A stretch of DNA of 63,217 nt from the IMG/VR virus record IMGVR_UViG_3300008339_006649, positions 1-63,217 of that record; one strand, written 5' to 3'. The DNA is from a virus. Lineage: Duplodnaviria; Caudoviricetes. Numbering within the stretch: position 1 is the stretch's first letter; each line of letters starts with the position of its first letter. Below are positions 19,501-28,722 of the stretch, piece by piece. The translations under genes and the position numbers were made by a program. The notes beneath the pieces are model-generated. The model had not been told where the DNA came from and searched no databases. It worked only from the letters and a program-made list of their open reading frames with translations.

Positions 19501-20079
19501 TTAAAAATAAAAACAGAAATAAATGAATATTATGATAAACTATATAGTTTTGAAATAATACCTTCAGGTGATACTTACACTTATAATGATAATTTTACTT
19601 TTGATATGTTTATTGAAGATAACTCGGCAAATATAACGGCACCTAAAAATAGATTTTTTATGTTATTTGGTTCGGATGTGTTAAAAGACCCTGTAAAATT
19701 TGCAAGTTCAGTTACGGAACCTGTTAAAAATACTGCGAATGATGTAGGTTGGAACTCGTACATCTTAAAAAATATTGGTTGGGATTTTAATTTAAATTTA
19801 AATACAGGACAATATACAAACCAAGCATTACCAACAGGTTTATATACTAGTTACAAAAAATCAAAAGATAAAATTGACGAGAGATTTAAAAAGTTTAAAG
19901 ATCAATACTACACAAACAAGTTCAATACATTTAATCCATTCAATAAAGATAAGACTAGAAATTTATATTACGTAACTCAATCACCACTACAACCTTTTGC
20001 AGATACTAATTTAAAAGAATTGTGGTCAGAAACAAACTCAACTTGGGATAAATTTAATTTGAAAAAAAGTTTTAGCTAA
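13588..20079 (+). CDS. Giant baseplate/tube-initiator protein with N-terminal repeats and an OmpA-like insert
   Basis: Tube-fold motifs WFPPYDLSFDES..W....IGRPEPVYTF and PPVCVLRIGDF...PMIADVKIGFNFIG; YNVNLSKRR...RRVRI segment between them. Confidence 0.6.
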   Translation: MESPLSFNSSENFRKKLLVRNLPPYKVDGSFSTGDRPAVSEFRILDYAIVDSTSVDVIGDQQERLLYPINQYGPENKKEYGDIVKININRNYKTNEGEYGFPDTINSDLELIGDNSELYHIVKNVYKPQNNRKDYGDSVYYINDDLNIRTVGSGEYNISDTLNSYLFQIGNNSEIEHKVLNKYKPSSGTIGGFGDTKYEINDLLVLSSSFRQIFGYGISYTINSELEQVGNIQEEYLIVKNKYSPENSNQYGETRYDINADLTLGSNEGEYNYGDTIGDELELKGIELRPKLFTNNEYRPEDGQSVFVVEPYNILKNLIIGSGNYGYPDTIGSELEVEGKTDRPILIATNQYGPDNPIKGEVNINVNQQTNSNEGEYGFPDTIGSELENIGIDERKPTFLSNPWGPEGDQSTTEIDPYAKVKNLTINAGNYDVTDTDQNELEYVGGLKETEAYIKNKYVTGDGDYNLLTITDLQYQTTGLPYANSDSTFVFVPSTYTPASILISDNPNGSEGSLSQDSQLAALGAKQLQKEFRHRVALELLQQTLGRVNVLNTNIDADTGEISTKPNLDPFNAIGLLTGNIPIIERNYSITNPELFLGQGINFAAKLAGTYSPYSYIPGDYFTYPDKNGFGAYDNVFSAIGGAIAGLIQMVNPNNNNSSELFLEHTTISTRHLLYDQLKYNNFRPDYKVGTDLTAPPGKFYVGTRKNEITEIVQGDQQPKGKNNKLNIGPVLGYGNIGKQYEGERISDRLFGLNTRNFFSSGFVNGSNKNNANVGISGGFTWLSNDNYVLPGDFQGPLNEKFQDNSDFEFSQLSSTYETTKSSNYEFTEGSLLDVTQKLVDAGSKSNNQLEHVGNAINQVSKVFNDGYIELTKGSRVIRYTTPNSKPDSTKSVQGYEYCRLFTKDRPYYTFDELQKTDGNIRKYTNSVLDNTYNLNIAPLNMVEGVESTNIIDGKVKKYMLSLENLAWRTSNKPGYTYEDLPACEKGPNGGRIMWFPPYDLSFDESTNTQWTDTTFIGRPEPVYTFGSSSRKGNLSFKIIVDHPSILNVLVEKELENESSQSQITRVIDSFFAGCTKYDLYDLVQKFPMFTPNDIFETQLILTPDQIKDYTETLPSSTIENRVDQTFIPPTETPQDNPCTEWDYSVGTGPTDLTYTACNGSQIVLPSLSAGTKGTVCVEKNTVPYFSVVAGNNTVTITNRPCTTSTTGTTPTPPEEIPLEKKYPEPLFYFHNDFPDPNTNRIYASKPYDQWLADYKALKTKYLSTGGSDGFRSFSKARDKIIKYGDSTYADKETEINGLSDADKNNFLANYIDTRTEKVSEFFEYIDSEFEEIKKFLTDVVQIIKQGGTVNFTLKSSASAVTTVAYNVNLSKRRIDAALQYILNFEQDGIKLKNYFNTKLIVKQVPEGETTTIQDPRYTAINCNKSYLSDSAEGVVSVNAMACRRVRILDVKVTNLPGNSENTPPNNTETPTNGDGDTTVLNSETPSQGGNGGTPASSATTTTPTFITQTPSGQTENITPLNQTVTKNNPTYKTTTVARKDLTKRLARKLLTECNYFELVRQSDPMIYDGIKSKIKHFHPVFHSITPEGLNARLTFLNQCMRPGDTIPTVSKDNNGTETLLYNDVTNSVFGAPPVCVLRIGDFFHTKIVIDSLSLTYEDGRFDLNPEGIGVQPMIADVKIGFNFIGGHGLAGPIAKLQNALSFNYYANTEMYDERAEATEDVTSQYDAQILADIKNQLGIVNVAEQRPISNDGGVTIGTIKTNNYDLTTQSASGEISYMDNFKKLVDSTKSYASTTLQNLEKLNEELLLGGLIVLTKERKYTEGYFDYLGGNLTNTANIFGKSENTQQKIEKLITDAKTDVDNGNCPLLKDLTTQNFNDAEIRKIKNKIKSLIDGKQNSMITSIETTNSSITTEELSLIQLIDQINYVSSGVDGYINNKGGVVVYNLSGTSDVNASSVGVSNTFNELTQDFLKIKTEINEYYDKLYSFEIIPSGDTYTYNDNFTFDMFIEDNSANITAPKNRFFMLFGSDVLKDPVKFASSVTEPVKNTANDVGWNSYILKNIGWDFNLNLNTGQYTNQALPTGLYTSYKKSKDKIDERFKKFKDQYYTNKFNTFNPFNKDKTRNLYYVTQSPLQPFADTNLKELWSETNSTWDKFNLKKSFS
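13795..14970 (+). repeat. About 7 degenerate ~55-aa protein repeats
   Basis: Recurring N-x-Y-x-P ... G-[EN]-Y-x3-DT-x2-S-x-LE-x2-G (NQYGP, NVYKP, NKYKP, NKYSP, NEYRP, NQYGP, NPWGP); NEGEYGFPDTI occurs twice exactly. Confidence 0.8.
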
Positions 20080-20396
20080 TGCAGTATTACAATAGATATA
20101 AAGAATTTTTAATAGATGGTAAACAAACAGTTGTACCATTTTTAAATTTACCTGCTAGAGCAACTGACCAAAGATATCTTTACAGAACGGGTCAAAGTCG
20201 TTTAGATAAGGTAAGTTATGAAAAATATGGGGCACCATATTTTGGTTGGTTAATATTGGCCGCAAACCCATTATATGGTGGTTTAGAGACAAATATACCC
20301 GATGGGACAATATTAGTTATACCTTTTCCGCTAGTTGCTGCGTTGCAAGACTACAAATCTGCATTAGATACACATATTTTTTATTATGGCAGGTAG
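20079..20396 (+). CDS. gp53-like / LysM-like baseplate wedge protein
   Basis: RLDKVSYEKYG...WLILAANP...IPDGTILVIP pattern. Confidence 0.75.
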   Translation: MQYYNRYKEFLIDGKQTVVPFLNLPARATDQRYLYRTGQSRLDKVSYEKYGAPYFGWLILAANPLYGGLETNIPDGTILVIPFPLVAALQDYKSALDTHIFYYGR

Positions 20397-23300
20397 AATA
20401 CCACAAACAAAAAAAGTATATGTAGAAACTGAATACGACAATATTATTGTTGTAAACCCAAATGAAGTTTACGATTCAGAAGATAAAGCGGCCCCAAGAT
20501 TGGTTGACCACGAAGATTTAGTATACTATGCTAATTTAGAAACTTTTATAATTCCAAGAACAAAATTGGCGATAGGGGATAGTTTTGACTCTCCCGTAAT
20601 TAACACTACTATCGCAACAGTTTTTGGTGGTGAAGAAGATTTAAAAATAAATTTTTTAAAACCAAAAGGTAAAACGGCATTCGACACTAGTTGGTCAGAC
20701 CAAATAACTGGATTTGAATCAAGATTGGGTTTAGGTGCGAATCAAAGGGCTGAACAGATTGTTAATGCTGATGGTAATGCTAGATTTAAAAACACAGTAA
20801 GAAATTACGAAGACACCCAACTTTTAGGTATTAAATCAATAAGGGTTAATATTAAAGGTACTGGCGTACCTGAAGTTAATATTGAAATGATTGACGTACA
20901 AGGTAGGTCATTATTTGAACAAGGAGAAAATTCAATATACTCCGCATTTTTTAATTTTCCGTACCCACTTTTTTATTTAACATTAAAAGGATATTACGGT
21001 AAGGCAATTAGATACCGACTTTCATTGATGTCATTTAATGCGAGATTTGATGCAGAAACTGGAAATTATGATATCAGTTTAAAATTGATTGGTAAGTTTA
21101 CTGCATTATTATTTGACACACCATTAATGTATGCTAAGACGGCTCCTAAAATGTTTGACACTCAGGTAACAATTACTGATACAACAAACAATCAAGTAAA
21201 ACAAATATCAACTTACAAGGGAAGACAAAAACTTGATGAGGTATATTCAATATATAAAAGAAAGGGTTTAATTGCAAATGATTTTGAACACCTTACTTTA
21301 GATGAATTTATTTATAGGGTTAATAACTTTTCAGTAAAATTACAAAAAGATATAAAAGAAAAAGGAGATTTTACTGAAATTAATGATATACAAGATTATA
21401 GAGAAAATTTAGAAAATTTTAGAAAAAATGTTTATGATAATTCATTAAATAAATTTTTAGATTCAACTAGTTACTACGTTAATGACGGTCAAATATATTA
21501 CCCTTTTAAAAAAGAAATACAGTACCAAGATAGAGAGGCTTACAAAACAAAAATAGAAGAAAGATTTAAAGTTTATATTGAAAACCTTAAAAAAAATAAA
21601 ACTTTTGGGACAGGAGGGAAATATGAAATACCAATTAATTTTAAAGATAAAAAAGACATAATAAAAAAATTAGATTTAAATAATTGGATTAATAATTCAA
21701 ATAATGTAATACAAACATATTACTACAGAACAGGTAGACAATTAGATACAACAAAAAACGAAGACAAACAATTATTTGAAAAATTTAAATTAGATGAAGA
21801 TAAAAATAAGGAATTATTTTCTAAGGTTTTAGATAGTAACGGACAATTGGTTGATGATTTACCTGACTTTTTTGTTTTTGGCGATAAAAGAATTGCTGAT
21901 GGTTCTTATGTAAAACAAAGTTTTTTAGACAAATTAGATAGTGCAGGTAAAACCTTAAACACACATGAGGAAAAAATAGAAAACGACCTATCTAAGGTTT
22001 TGGCCGATAGAGTTTTAAAAAACCCTGCTGATGGTGGTATAGGATTTAAACCTACAATAAGAAATGTGTTTGCTGTTATTTTTGCAGGTGCAGACGCATT
22101 CTATAGATTAATGGAAGACGTACACCAAACAGCTTGGGATGTTAGAAATGATCCACAAAGATTAAGTGCGGTCATTCCACCTGAAAAAAGTTTCTCAGTG
22201 GATGCGATGAAAAATTTACAAAAATCATCGGGAGAATTAAATGATGATAATGTTGTATATCCTTGGCCTTTATATTTTACAAAAGAAAAACAAAAAGACG
22301 GTAGAGAATTGTATACAATACAATATCCTGGTGACCCTAAAATTATTAATCAAACAAGAGCCTATGACTATAGAATATGGCCTGAAATATCTTTTGTTGA
22401 AGCATATTTAAAAGGTACTACAGAAACGTCTAAACCAATACAAGGGACTGTATACGATAATCCTGCGGATTCAAATAAGTATGTTTCGGCAAACGCAATT
22501 GAGTTCCCATTTAAAGTATTACCGTACCAAGATTTATCTGAAATAAGTACTTTTTATGAAATTTTTGAAAGAACATACCTTTCTTCGCATTATGGTAAAT
22601 TTAGTTCTGAATCCGCATTTAAAAATCAAATTGATAAGTTTTATGGGGATATAGAAAGCAAAGATTTGGGGTTAAATGTCGGTAACAATATACAATTAAA
22701 CCAAACTTTAAAAAATTACAAATTTACTTACCAAGGTCTGATAGACTTTATGAAAAAGATTTCTAATAACGGTGACGGTGAAAGTTGGCAAACATACATT
22801 AGAAGTTTATTTAAAACGGAATACATTGAGAATTTAGTAAAAAATCAAACAGAGATTTATAGTATAGATACATTAAACAATCGCTCAGTCCAAGTTTCTT
22901 CAGATTTAGAATTATCTAAAAATTTAGTAAGTTATTTAAAAAATACCGATTCATCTAAAAAAAATAATTTAGATACATACCCATTAACTAATTTAAATTG
23001 GTTAAAAACTAATGTTTCTAACGGGTCGTCTATTGGTAGTTTTGAACAGTTTAATAATACTACTAATAGTTTTTTATACTTAGATGACAAAAAAACAATA
23101 GCAAGAATAAATGAAAATGCGGATAATAAAAGCATTAGTTTATTGACTAATAATGGATTTTTAACTTCATATAGCCAACCTTACGTAACAAACCAATCAA
23201 CACAAACACCATTATCAACTAGGTCAACATTACAAGATTTTTATACAGATAGAGAAGAAAAATTCTTATATGGTACAGAATCATTTATTAATTATGGGAC

Positions 23301-26300
23301 TTCTTACTCTGGTAATGTTAATCAATCAATACAGACCACTTCTTTATTAAACACACCTTATTTTATAAATTCATTAATTAAAGGTGTTGAAGACAACAAC
23401 AACAATGTTGAAGATTCCTTCACCGCTTTAGGTTATTTATATTTAAATTCCTTACCATTAATAACAACCAAAGAAACACTTAAAATATCTGAAAACGATA
23501 CTTTAACTGATATTGATTACTTGGCTTCCACGTTTAAAAAATACTCATCAATACATCAGGTACCATATGCGTGGGTTTTAAAATACGGGTCAATATGGTA
23601 TAGATACAAAAAATTTGTAGAAACAGGAAATGATATTTTAGACCCAATTTGGAAAGACTTTGATTATACATCTGCTTACGATCCAGTAACTTCTGCAACT
23701 ACAACACAATATATTTTACCCGATTATTCCGGTAACCAACAAACATTTGTACTACAAAAAAATGAACCGTTTCCTATTCCGTCATTACAATCGAAAGATT
23801 TATTAAATACCGGATTCTATCCTAAAATTATAAACACAGTTGAAAATTTCTTTTTTCAAAAAAACCTGTTTACTGGGTATAGTCAAACTGATTTCTTTAA
23901 TGCTTATAATAATCAAAAATTTAGAATAGGTAAAAATAATACATCTACTAATTATTTAGATTTTGGATTTGACACCACCAATCCAAACAAATCATTATTA
24001 AAACAAAATTATTACCAATATAGAGAATTCAGTGGTACGACGGCATATAGTACTGGAGGAAGTTTAATATTATTATACCCATCTATGGGTGGGATACCTA
24101 TAGACCAATCAATATTTGAATGTGTTGATTCTAACATTAATATGACACAAAACATATTGAATAATAAATCACTTTATAATGGTTCAGTAAGGCCACTATG
24201 GTCATCACCACATTTTGGGTATTTTGATAACGGATTGATACAAAAACCGTCACCAACACAATACCTTAAAGTAATTAAAACAAATACTTCTAAACAAAAT
24301 GCATTTGATTTGTCTTCAAATAAATCAGAATACTCATCAATAGATGAAATTTTTGCACTATTCACTCCGGAATTATTAGATAAGTTTGAAAAATTATTTT
24401 TAGGTTTTTGTAACTATAAACCAAGCTCTGCTAATTTAGTATTAAAAGAAGAACAAATTGTACCAACATATAACGAACCTAATAAAGTATCTAATCTTGA
24501 CCAAAAAAGATTATTCACTCAATTAAGTTCTCTATTTTTTATAAATAAAACAGGTGTCAACTTTATTGGTGAAGATGTTGATGGAAAAACATTAGGTGAA
24601 AAACAAATTGAAACCTTTACCAAGTCAGTTACTCGTTTTTTAAATTTTGATTGTGTTATAAAATTAGCAAATCCAGGTAATTTTGATAGAAAGTTGTTTA
24701 ATTCATTTTCTAATTTATCTGAATTTATTCCTGTTGATAAGTTAACATTTAACCCTTACAAAAAAGGTACTTTACCTGGAGACGGTACATCAACAACATT
24801 ACTACAAAGTCTTGCTCAAAATACAACTGCTTGGAATACTCTAAGAACGTATTTAGGATTTACAACAATTCCAAATATGGAATATCAAAATCAAGTACAA
24901 CCAAATTTTCCTTCAGTGCCGTTGACTCAAACACCAGCAAATCCAACGGTAACCTATACACCACCAACAGTAGGACAAACTTACAGAACGTTCCAAGACA
25001 TATGTACTGGTACATATTTTAATATTACGGACCCGGATGATAATACCATGACTAGCTCATTTAATTATACTAATGGAGATATATGGTATTTAGAAGTTGT
25101 CGATAACACCTCACAAAGTAAAAATTTCTGTGCTAGAAAAGTATCAGATAGTGCAATAACTACCAACTATAATTTAGTGCTTGATGACGATTACCCTGAA
25201 ACAAACGCAGTAAATGTTACACCTGAAAGTTACTGTATGTCTTTTTATCAAACACTAATAAATTGTCAACAATCACCACTCACATCACCTATTCAGTTGG
25301 AGTTTCTTGGAAATAGTGGAACTTTAATTCCGGAAACATCACCTCCTGGAGATGCTACATATTTTAATATTGTTGTACCAAGTGGTGGGTATGCATCTTA
25401 CAGATTAACAGGTATACCTAATTTTGACCCAACAAATCTTGGTAGTGTTTTATTTTATCCTGCTGGTAGTAATTTAAATGACCCAAATATTTTACCATTA
25501 CCTTTTAATGGTTACGGTGGCGCGAATACCAATTACACTAGAGTTTACGAAATTAACAATAATACTTCGGGTAATTATATTATGGCAGTTAGGTACGCTG
25601 TTACATACCCTAACTATGCGACATACACTGCGAATGTTTCAACATTAGGTGGAAATCAAACAACAATACCTACACAAACTAATACAACAATACCACCAAC
25701 ACCTTTACAAGGAAGTCAAAAATCATTTGTTACTGATTTCTTTATTGATAATGATATTGATTTCACATCAGACAATATTAAATCGCTTTACCCACTTATT
25801 AGGTTATATGCTGACCAAAAATTAAATGACCCTACATATAATAAAAGTAAGTTTACAACATTTATTAATAATGTATTAATTGACCAAAGAACATTACAAC
25901 AAAATATGTTGAATGAAACTTTTAGTAATTTAAATAAAACATTGAAAAATATTGATGTAAAAACACAAACACCAAACGTTTCAGTTAATGGTGATACGGG
26001 TAAGTTAAGTTTATATAATACATTAAAAGGATTTAACGATAAATGGATTGCTGGTTCTGATTTAAAATATGTTACATTGTTTGAAGACTTTTTATTCATG
26101 GATAGAGCTAATAGTGACTTAGGTGATACATTTGTTGTTGACATGGATAAAGTAGTAAACAGATTAGATACTACAAATAACCCTGAAACCAATCTAATGC
26201 AGGTTGTTAGTAATATTTTAAGTGATAATCAGTTTATGTTTATGGCGATGCCGGCATATGTAAATTTTTATGGTATACAAACAGCAATTAAAAATGGAAC

Positions 26301-27651
26301 ACCAATAGACATTGAGATTCCTAACTCACTTTTTGGTACCTATTTAGAAGTTGATTATACAAAGTCTAGCCCTAAATTTTTATGTCTTTATATGGGTAAC
26401 CCTTCAGAGTACCCAAAACCAAAAGAAAACTCATTTATTAGGTTTGGTGATGATAGTTTTGATTTGAGAGTTCCTGATAACCCACTAAGAATATCGGACC
26501 CAAATAGAGACTACTCTAAAACAAATAAAGTGGTTGGGTTTAGTGTTGATTTTGGGGTTCAAAATCAAAACATATTTAAAAGTGTTGATTTAGATATGTC
26601 AGAAATGAAAAATACTTCAGAATCTTTTAAAGTTTTTGCTGATATAGGAGGGTCCGTTGCTGGTGACCAAGTCGCTCAACAATCAGTCTCAATGTATAGT
26701 ATTTACAAATCAAGGTCGTATTCTTGCGGAGTAACATCAATGGGTAATGCAATGATACAACCAACAATGTATTTTGTATTAAGACACGTACCTATGTTTT
26801 ATGGACCTTATTGGATTTATGAAGTTAATCATAGTATAACCGAAAGAGGATTTGATACCGATTTTAAAGGTACTAGAATACCAAAATATAGTTTACCTAA
26901 TGTTGACCAACTTGTTACTAATGTTAATAAAAAAATATTATCATCATATAAAGAAAAAATTAAAAAAGAAAAACCGGTTGTTGATAAAAAAGATGAGGAA
27001 TTAGCTAACACTGACCCTACTATTGGTACCGTTAAAACACCAACCCAACAATGTATTGAACTTACCGAATATAAAACATTAGAATTTGTTGAAGTAACAC
27101 CAACAAAAGTAACAGTACAAGAAATATTACCAATAATAAAAACAGCGACAAATAAAAAATCATTAAGAGCATTATTATTAGGTATAGGGTTTACTAGAAA
27201 TATAAATAGCTTCGATTCAAACGCTAACTTATTTAACACATCTAATTATAATTTTTATGAAATATCTACCGAAAATAAATTTACGGGTAATATGGATTCA
27301 TACATAAAAAATCAAATGTGTGCGACAATTAATAATACGGTTAGAAGTATGGCTAGTTTTAGCGATTTTAAAACACCAACCGATTTTATGGTTTCATTCT
27401 ATTCTGTATATGAACCAATAATTGAAAGTTTAAAAAATTTAAATCCAGATACTAATATCTATAAAAGTTATGGAAAAGCCCTAGCTCAATTAGCAATTAC
27501 TACATGGGATACCCCAATAGGATTAAACTCTACCGCATCAGAAATAAAACAAAAGGCGCTTGACCAAGTTGGTACTAACATAAATGTTTATGACCTATAT
27601 GTTCAGTATTTTACTAACGCTTACGAGAATTTTGATAAAAACCCTAATTAA
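20386..27651 (+). CDS. Giant baseplate hub protein (gp27/gpD-like termini)
   Basis: C-terminal MGNAMIQPTMYF...GPYWIYEVNHSITERGFDTDFKGTR is typical of hub proteins; follows the gp53-like gene; 2421 aa. Confidence 0.55.
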   Translation: MAGRIPQTKKVYVETEYDNIIVVNPNEVYDSEDKAAPRLVDHEDLVYYANLETFIIPRTKLAIGDSFDSPVINTTIATVFGGEEDLKINFLKPKGKTAFDTSWSDQITGFESRLGLGANQRAEQIVNADGNARFKNTVRNYEDTQLLGIKSIRVNIKGTGVPEVNIEMIDVQGRSLFEQGENSIYSAFFNFPYPLFYLTLKGYYGKAIRYRLSLMSFNARFDAETGNYDISLKLIGKFTALLFDTPLMYAKTAPKMFDTQVTITDTTNNQVKQISTYKGRQKLDEVYSIYKRKGLIANDFEHLTLDEFIYRVNNFSVKLQKDIKEKGDFTEINDIQDYRENLENFRKNVYDNSLNKFLDSTSYYVNDGQIYYPFKKEIQYQDREAYKTKIEERFKVYIENLKKNKTFGTGGKYEIPINFKDKKDIIKKLDLNNWINNSNNVIQTYYYRTGRQLDTTKNEDKQLFEKFKLDEDKNKELFSKVLDSNGQLVDDLPDFFVFGDKRIADGSYVKQSFLDKLDSAGKTLNTHEEKIENDLSKVLADRVLKNPADGGIGFKPTIRNVFAVIFAGADAFYRLMEDVHQTAWDVRNDPQRLSAVIPPEKSFSVDAMKNLQKSSGELNDDNVVYPWPLYFTKEKQKDGRELYTIQYPGDPKIINQTRAYDYRIWPEISFVEAYLKGTTETSKPIQGTVYDNPADSNKYVSANAIEFPFKVLPYQDLSEISTFYEIFERTYLSSHYGKFSSESAFKNQIDKFYGDIESKDLGLNVGNNIQLNQTLKNYKFTYQGLIDFMKKISNNGDGESWQTYIRSLFKTEYIENLVKNQTEIYSIDTLNNRSVQVSSDLELSKNLVSYLKNTDSSKKNNLDTYPLTNLNWLKTNVSNGSSIGSFEQFNNTTNSFLYLDDKKTIARINENADNKSISLLTNNGFLTSYSQPYVTNQSTQTPLSTRSTLQDFYTDREEKFLYGTESFINYGTSYSGNVNQSIQTTSLLNTPYFINSLIKGVEDNNNNVEDSFTALGYLYLNSLPLITTKETLKISENDTLTDIDYLASTFKKYSSIHQVPYAWVLKYGSIWYRYKKFVETGNDILDPIWKDFDYTSAYDPVTSATTTQYILPDYSGNQQTFVLQKNEPFPIPSLQSKDLLNTGFYPKIINTVENFFFQKNLFTGYSQTDFFNAYNNQKFRIGKNNTSTNYLDFGFDTTNPNKSLLKQNYYQYREFSGTTAYSTGGSLILLYPSMGGIPIDQSIFECVDSNINMTQNILNNKSLYNGSVRPLWSSPHFGYFDNGLIQKPSPTQYLKVIKTNTSKQNAFDLSSNKSEYSSIDEIFALFTPELLDKFEKLFLGFCNYKPSSANLVLKEEQIVPTYNEPNKVSNLDQKRLFTQLSSLFFINKTGVNFIGEDVDGKTLGEKQIETFTKSVTRFLNFDCVIKLANPGNFDRKLFNSFSNLSEFIPVDKLTFNPYKKGTLPGDGTSTTLLQSLAQNTTAWNTLRTYLGFTTIPNMEYQNQVQPNFPSVPLTQTPANPTVTYTPPTVGQTYRTFQDICTGTYFNITDPDDNTMTSSFNYTNGDIWYLEVVDNTSQSKNFCARKVSDSAITTNYNLVLDDDYPETNAVNVTPESYCMSFYQTLINCQQSPLTSPIQLEFLGNSGTLIPETSPPGDATYFNIVVPSGGYASYRLTGIPNFDPTNLGSVLFYPAGSNLNDPNILPLPFNGYGGANTNYTRVYEINNNTSGNYIMAVRYAVTYPNYATYTANVSTLGGNQTTIPTQTNTTIPPTPLQGSQKSFVTDFFIDNDIDFTSDNIKSLYPLIRLYADQKLNDPTYNKSKFTTFINNVLIDQRTLQQNMLNETFSNLNKTLKNIDVKTQTPNVSVNGDTGKLSLYNTLKGFNDKWIAGSDLKYVTLFEDFLFMDRANSDLGDTFVVDMDKVVNRLDTTNNPETNLMQVVSNILSDNQFMFMAMPAYVNFYGIQTAIKNGTPIDIEIPNSLFGTYLEVDYTKSSPKFLCLYMGNPSEYPKPKENSFIRFGDDSFDLRVPDNPLRISDPNRDYSKTNKVVGFSVDFGVQNQNIFKSVDLDMSEMKNTSESFKVFADIGGSVAGDQVAQQSVSMYSIYKSRSYSCGVTSMGNAMIQPTMYFVLRHVPMFYGPYWIYEVNHSITERGFDTDFKGTRIPKYSLPNVDQLVTNVNKKILSSYKEKIKKEKPVVDKKDEELANTDPTIGTVKTPTQQCIELTEYKTLEFVEVTPTKVTVQEILPIIKTATNKKSLRALLLGIGFTRNINSFDSNANLFNTSNYNFYEISTENKFTGNMDSYIKNQMCATINNTVRSMASFSDFKTPTDFMVSFYSVYEPIIESLKNLNPDTNIYKSYGKALAQLAITTWDTPIGLNSTASEIKQKALDQVGTNINVYDLYVQYFTNAYENFDKNPN

Positions 27652-27677
27652 GGTATATTTATATAATAAATTAAAAT

Positions 27678-27902
27678 ATGAACATGAAAAATTTACTTGA
27701 CGATTATCTTAAAAAAGATACACGTATTACACAAAAAGATAGCGGTAATGGATACCAAGAAGTTTGTGATTTAGATACAGGTGATTGTTATACAATCAGA
27801 ATGAAAGACGGTTTAATTGAGAGAGTGGATAATACCATGAAAACAAATAGAACATTAAAAGTTGAAACTCCTCAGGGTGTTAAAACATTATTGAACGGTT
27901 AA
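27678..27902 (+). CDS. Hypothetical late protein (74 aa)
   Basis: ORF preceded by TATTTATA (27656-27663); contains VCDLDTGDC. Confidence 0.6.
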   Translation: MNMKNLLDDYLKKDTRITQKDSGNGYQEVCDLDTGDCYTIRMKDGLIERVDNTMKTNRTLKVETPQGVKTLLNG

Positions 27903-27912
27903 AAATTTAAAA

Positions 27913-28605
27913 ATGAGTTTAGACAGAAAAATTTTAGAAGAATTAAAAAGATTTAATCAAATTAATTCATACATTTTAAATGAACAAGATGTACCACCAC
28001 CGACACCTGAGGATTTAGGTACCCCACCTGCTGACCCCGCAGCCGCTCCACCGGCAGATGCAGAAATTCCCGCACCTGGCGCAGATGTTGCTGCACCACC
28101 AGCGGCAGGGGCAGACGCTGCCGCGGCACCTACTGAAGTACCTGAACCCGTTGATGTTGAAGGTGATCCAGATGTTGAAGAAGTTGGTAAAGAAGAAGAG
28201 GGTGAAGAAGAAAGTGAAGAAATTGATATCACTGACCTTGTTACTACACAACAAGAAATCCAATCTAAACAAGATGAATTTATGGATAGTATTTTTTCTA
28301 AATTAGATGACTTAGAAAGTAAATTATCTCACATGGATCAAATCATGGACAAAATTAATAGTCTTGAAAACAAATTTGATAAATATAGAGAAAAAACTCC
28401 TGAAGAAAAATTAATGTTACGTTCATTAGACTCTTACCCATATAATCAAAAATTAACAGATTTTTTTGATGATAAAAAAGGTGAGATGGAAGAGACTGGT
28501 AAAAACGAATATATACTTACTTCTGACGAAGTTGAAAACTTTTCACCAAACGAAGTTAAAAAAACATTCAATATTTACGACGACGAAGACAATTCTTTAA
28601 ATTAA
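27913..28605 (+). CDS. Acidic Pro/Ala-rich coiled-coil protein (possible head core/scaffold-like)
   Basis: ILNEQ leader, Pro/Ala linker, poly-Glu tract and heptad region. Confidence 0.5.
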   Translation: MSLDRKILEELKRFNQINSYILNEQDVPPPTPEDLGTPPADPAAAPPADAEIPAPGADVAAPPAAGADAAAAPTEVPEPVDVEGDPDVEEVGKEEEGEEESEEIDITDLVTTQQEIQSKQDEFMDSIFSKLDDLESKLSHMDQIMDKINSLENKFDKYREKTPEEKLMLRSLDSYPYNQKLTDFFDDKKGEMEETGKNEYILTSDEVENFSPNEVKKTFNIYDDEDNSLN

Positions 28606-28619
28606 AAAATAAATTTTTT

Positions 28620-28645
28620 GAGGGACTCACAAGGTCCCTTTTTTT
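28620..28645 (+). terminator. Rho-independent terminator ending the structural block
   Basis: GAGGGAC-TCACAAG-GTCCCTT followed by TTTTT. Confidence 0.8.
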
Positions 28646-28657
28646 ATGCTCATTTAT

Positions 28658-28685
28658 TTGACATTTTATTATTTGTACCTATTAT
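28658..28685 (+). promoter_or_regulatory. Putative host-RNAP (early/middle) promoter for the replication block
   Basis: TTGACA-N16-TATTAT (equivalent to TTG-N19-TA) between the terminator and the ssb start. Confidence 0.55.
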
Positions 28686-28722
28686 TAATGAAGATAAAAG
28701 AGTAATAATTAAAAATTTATTT

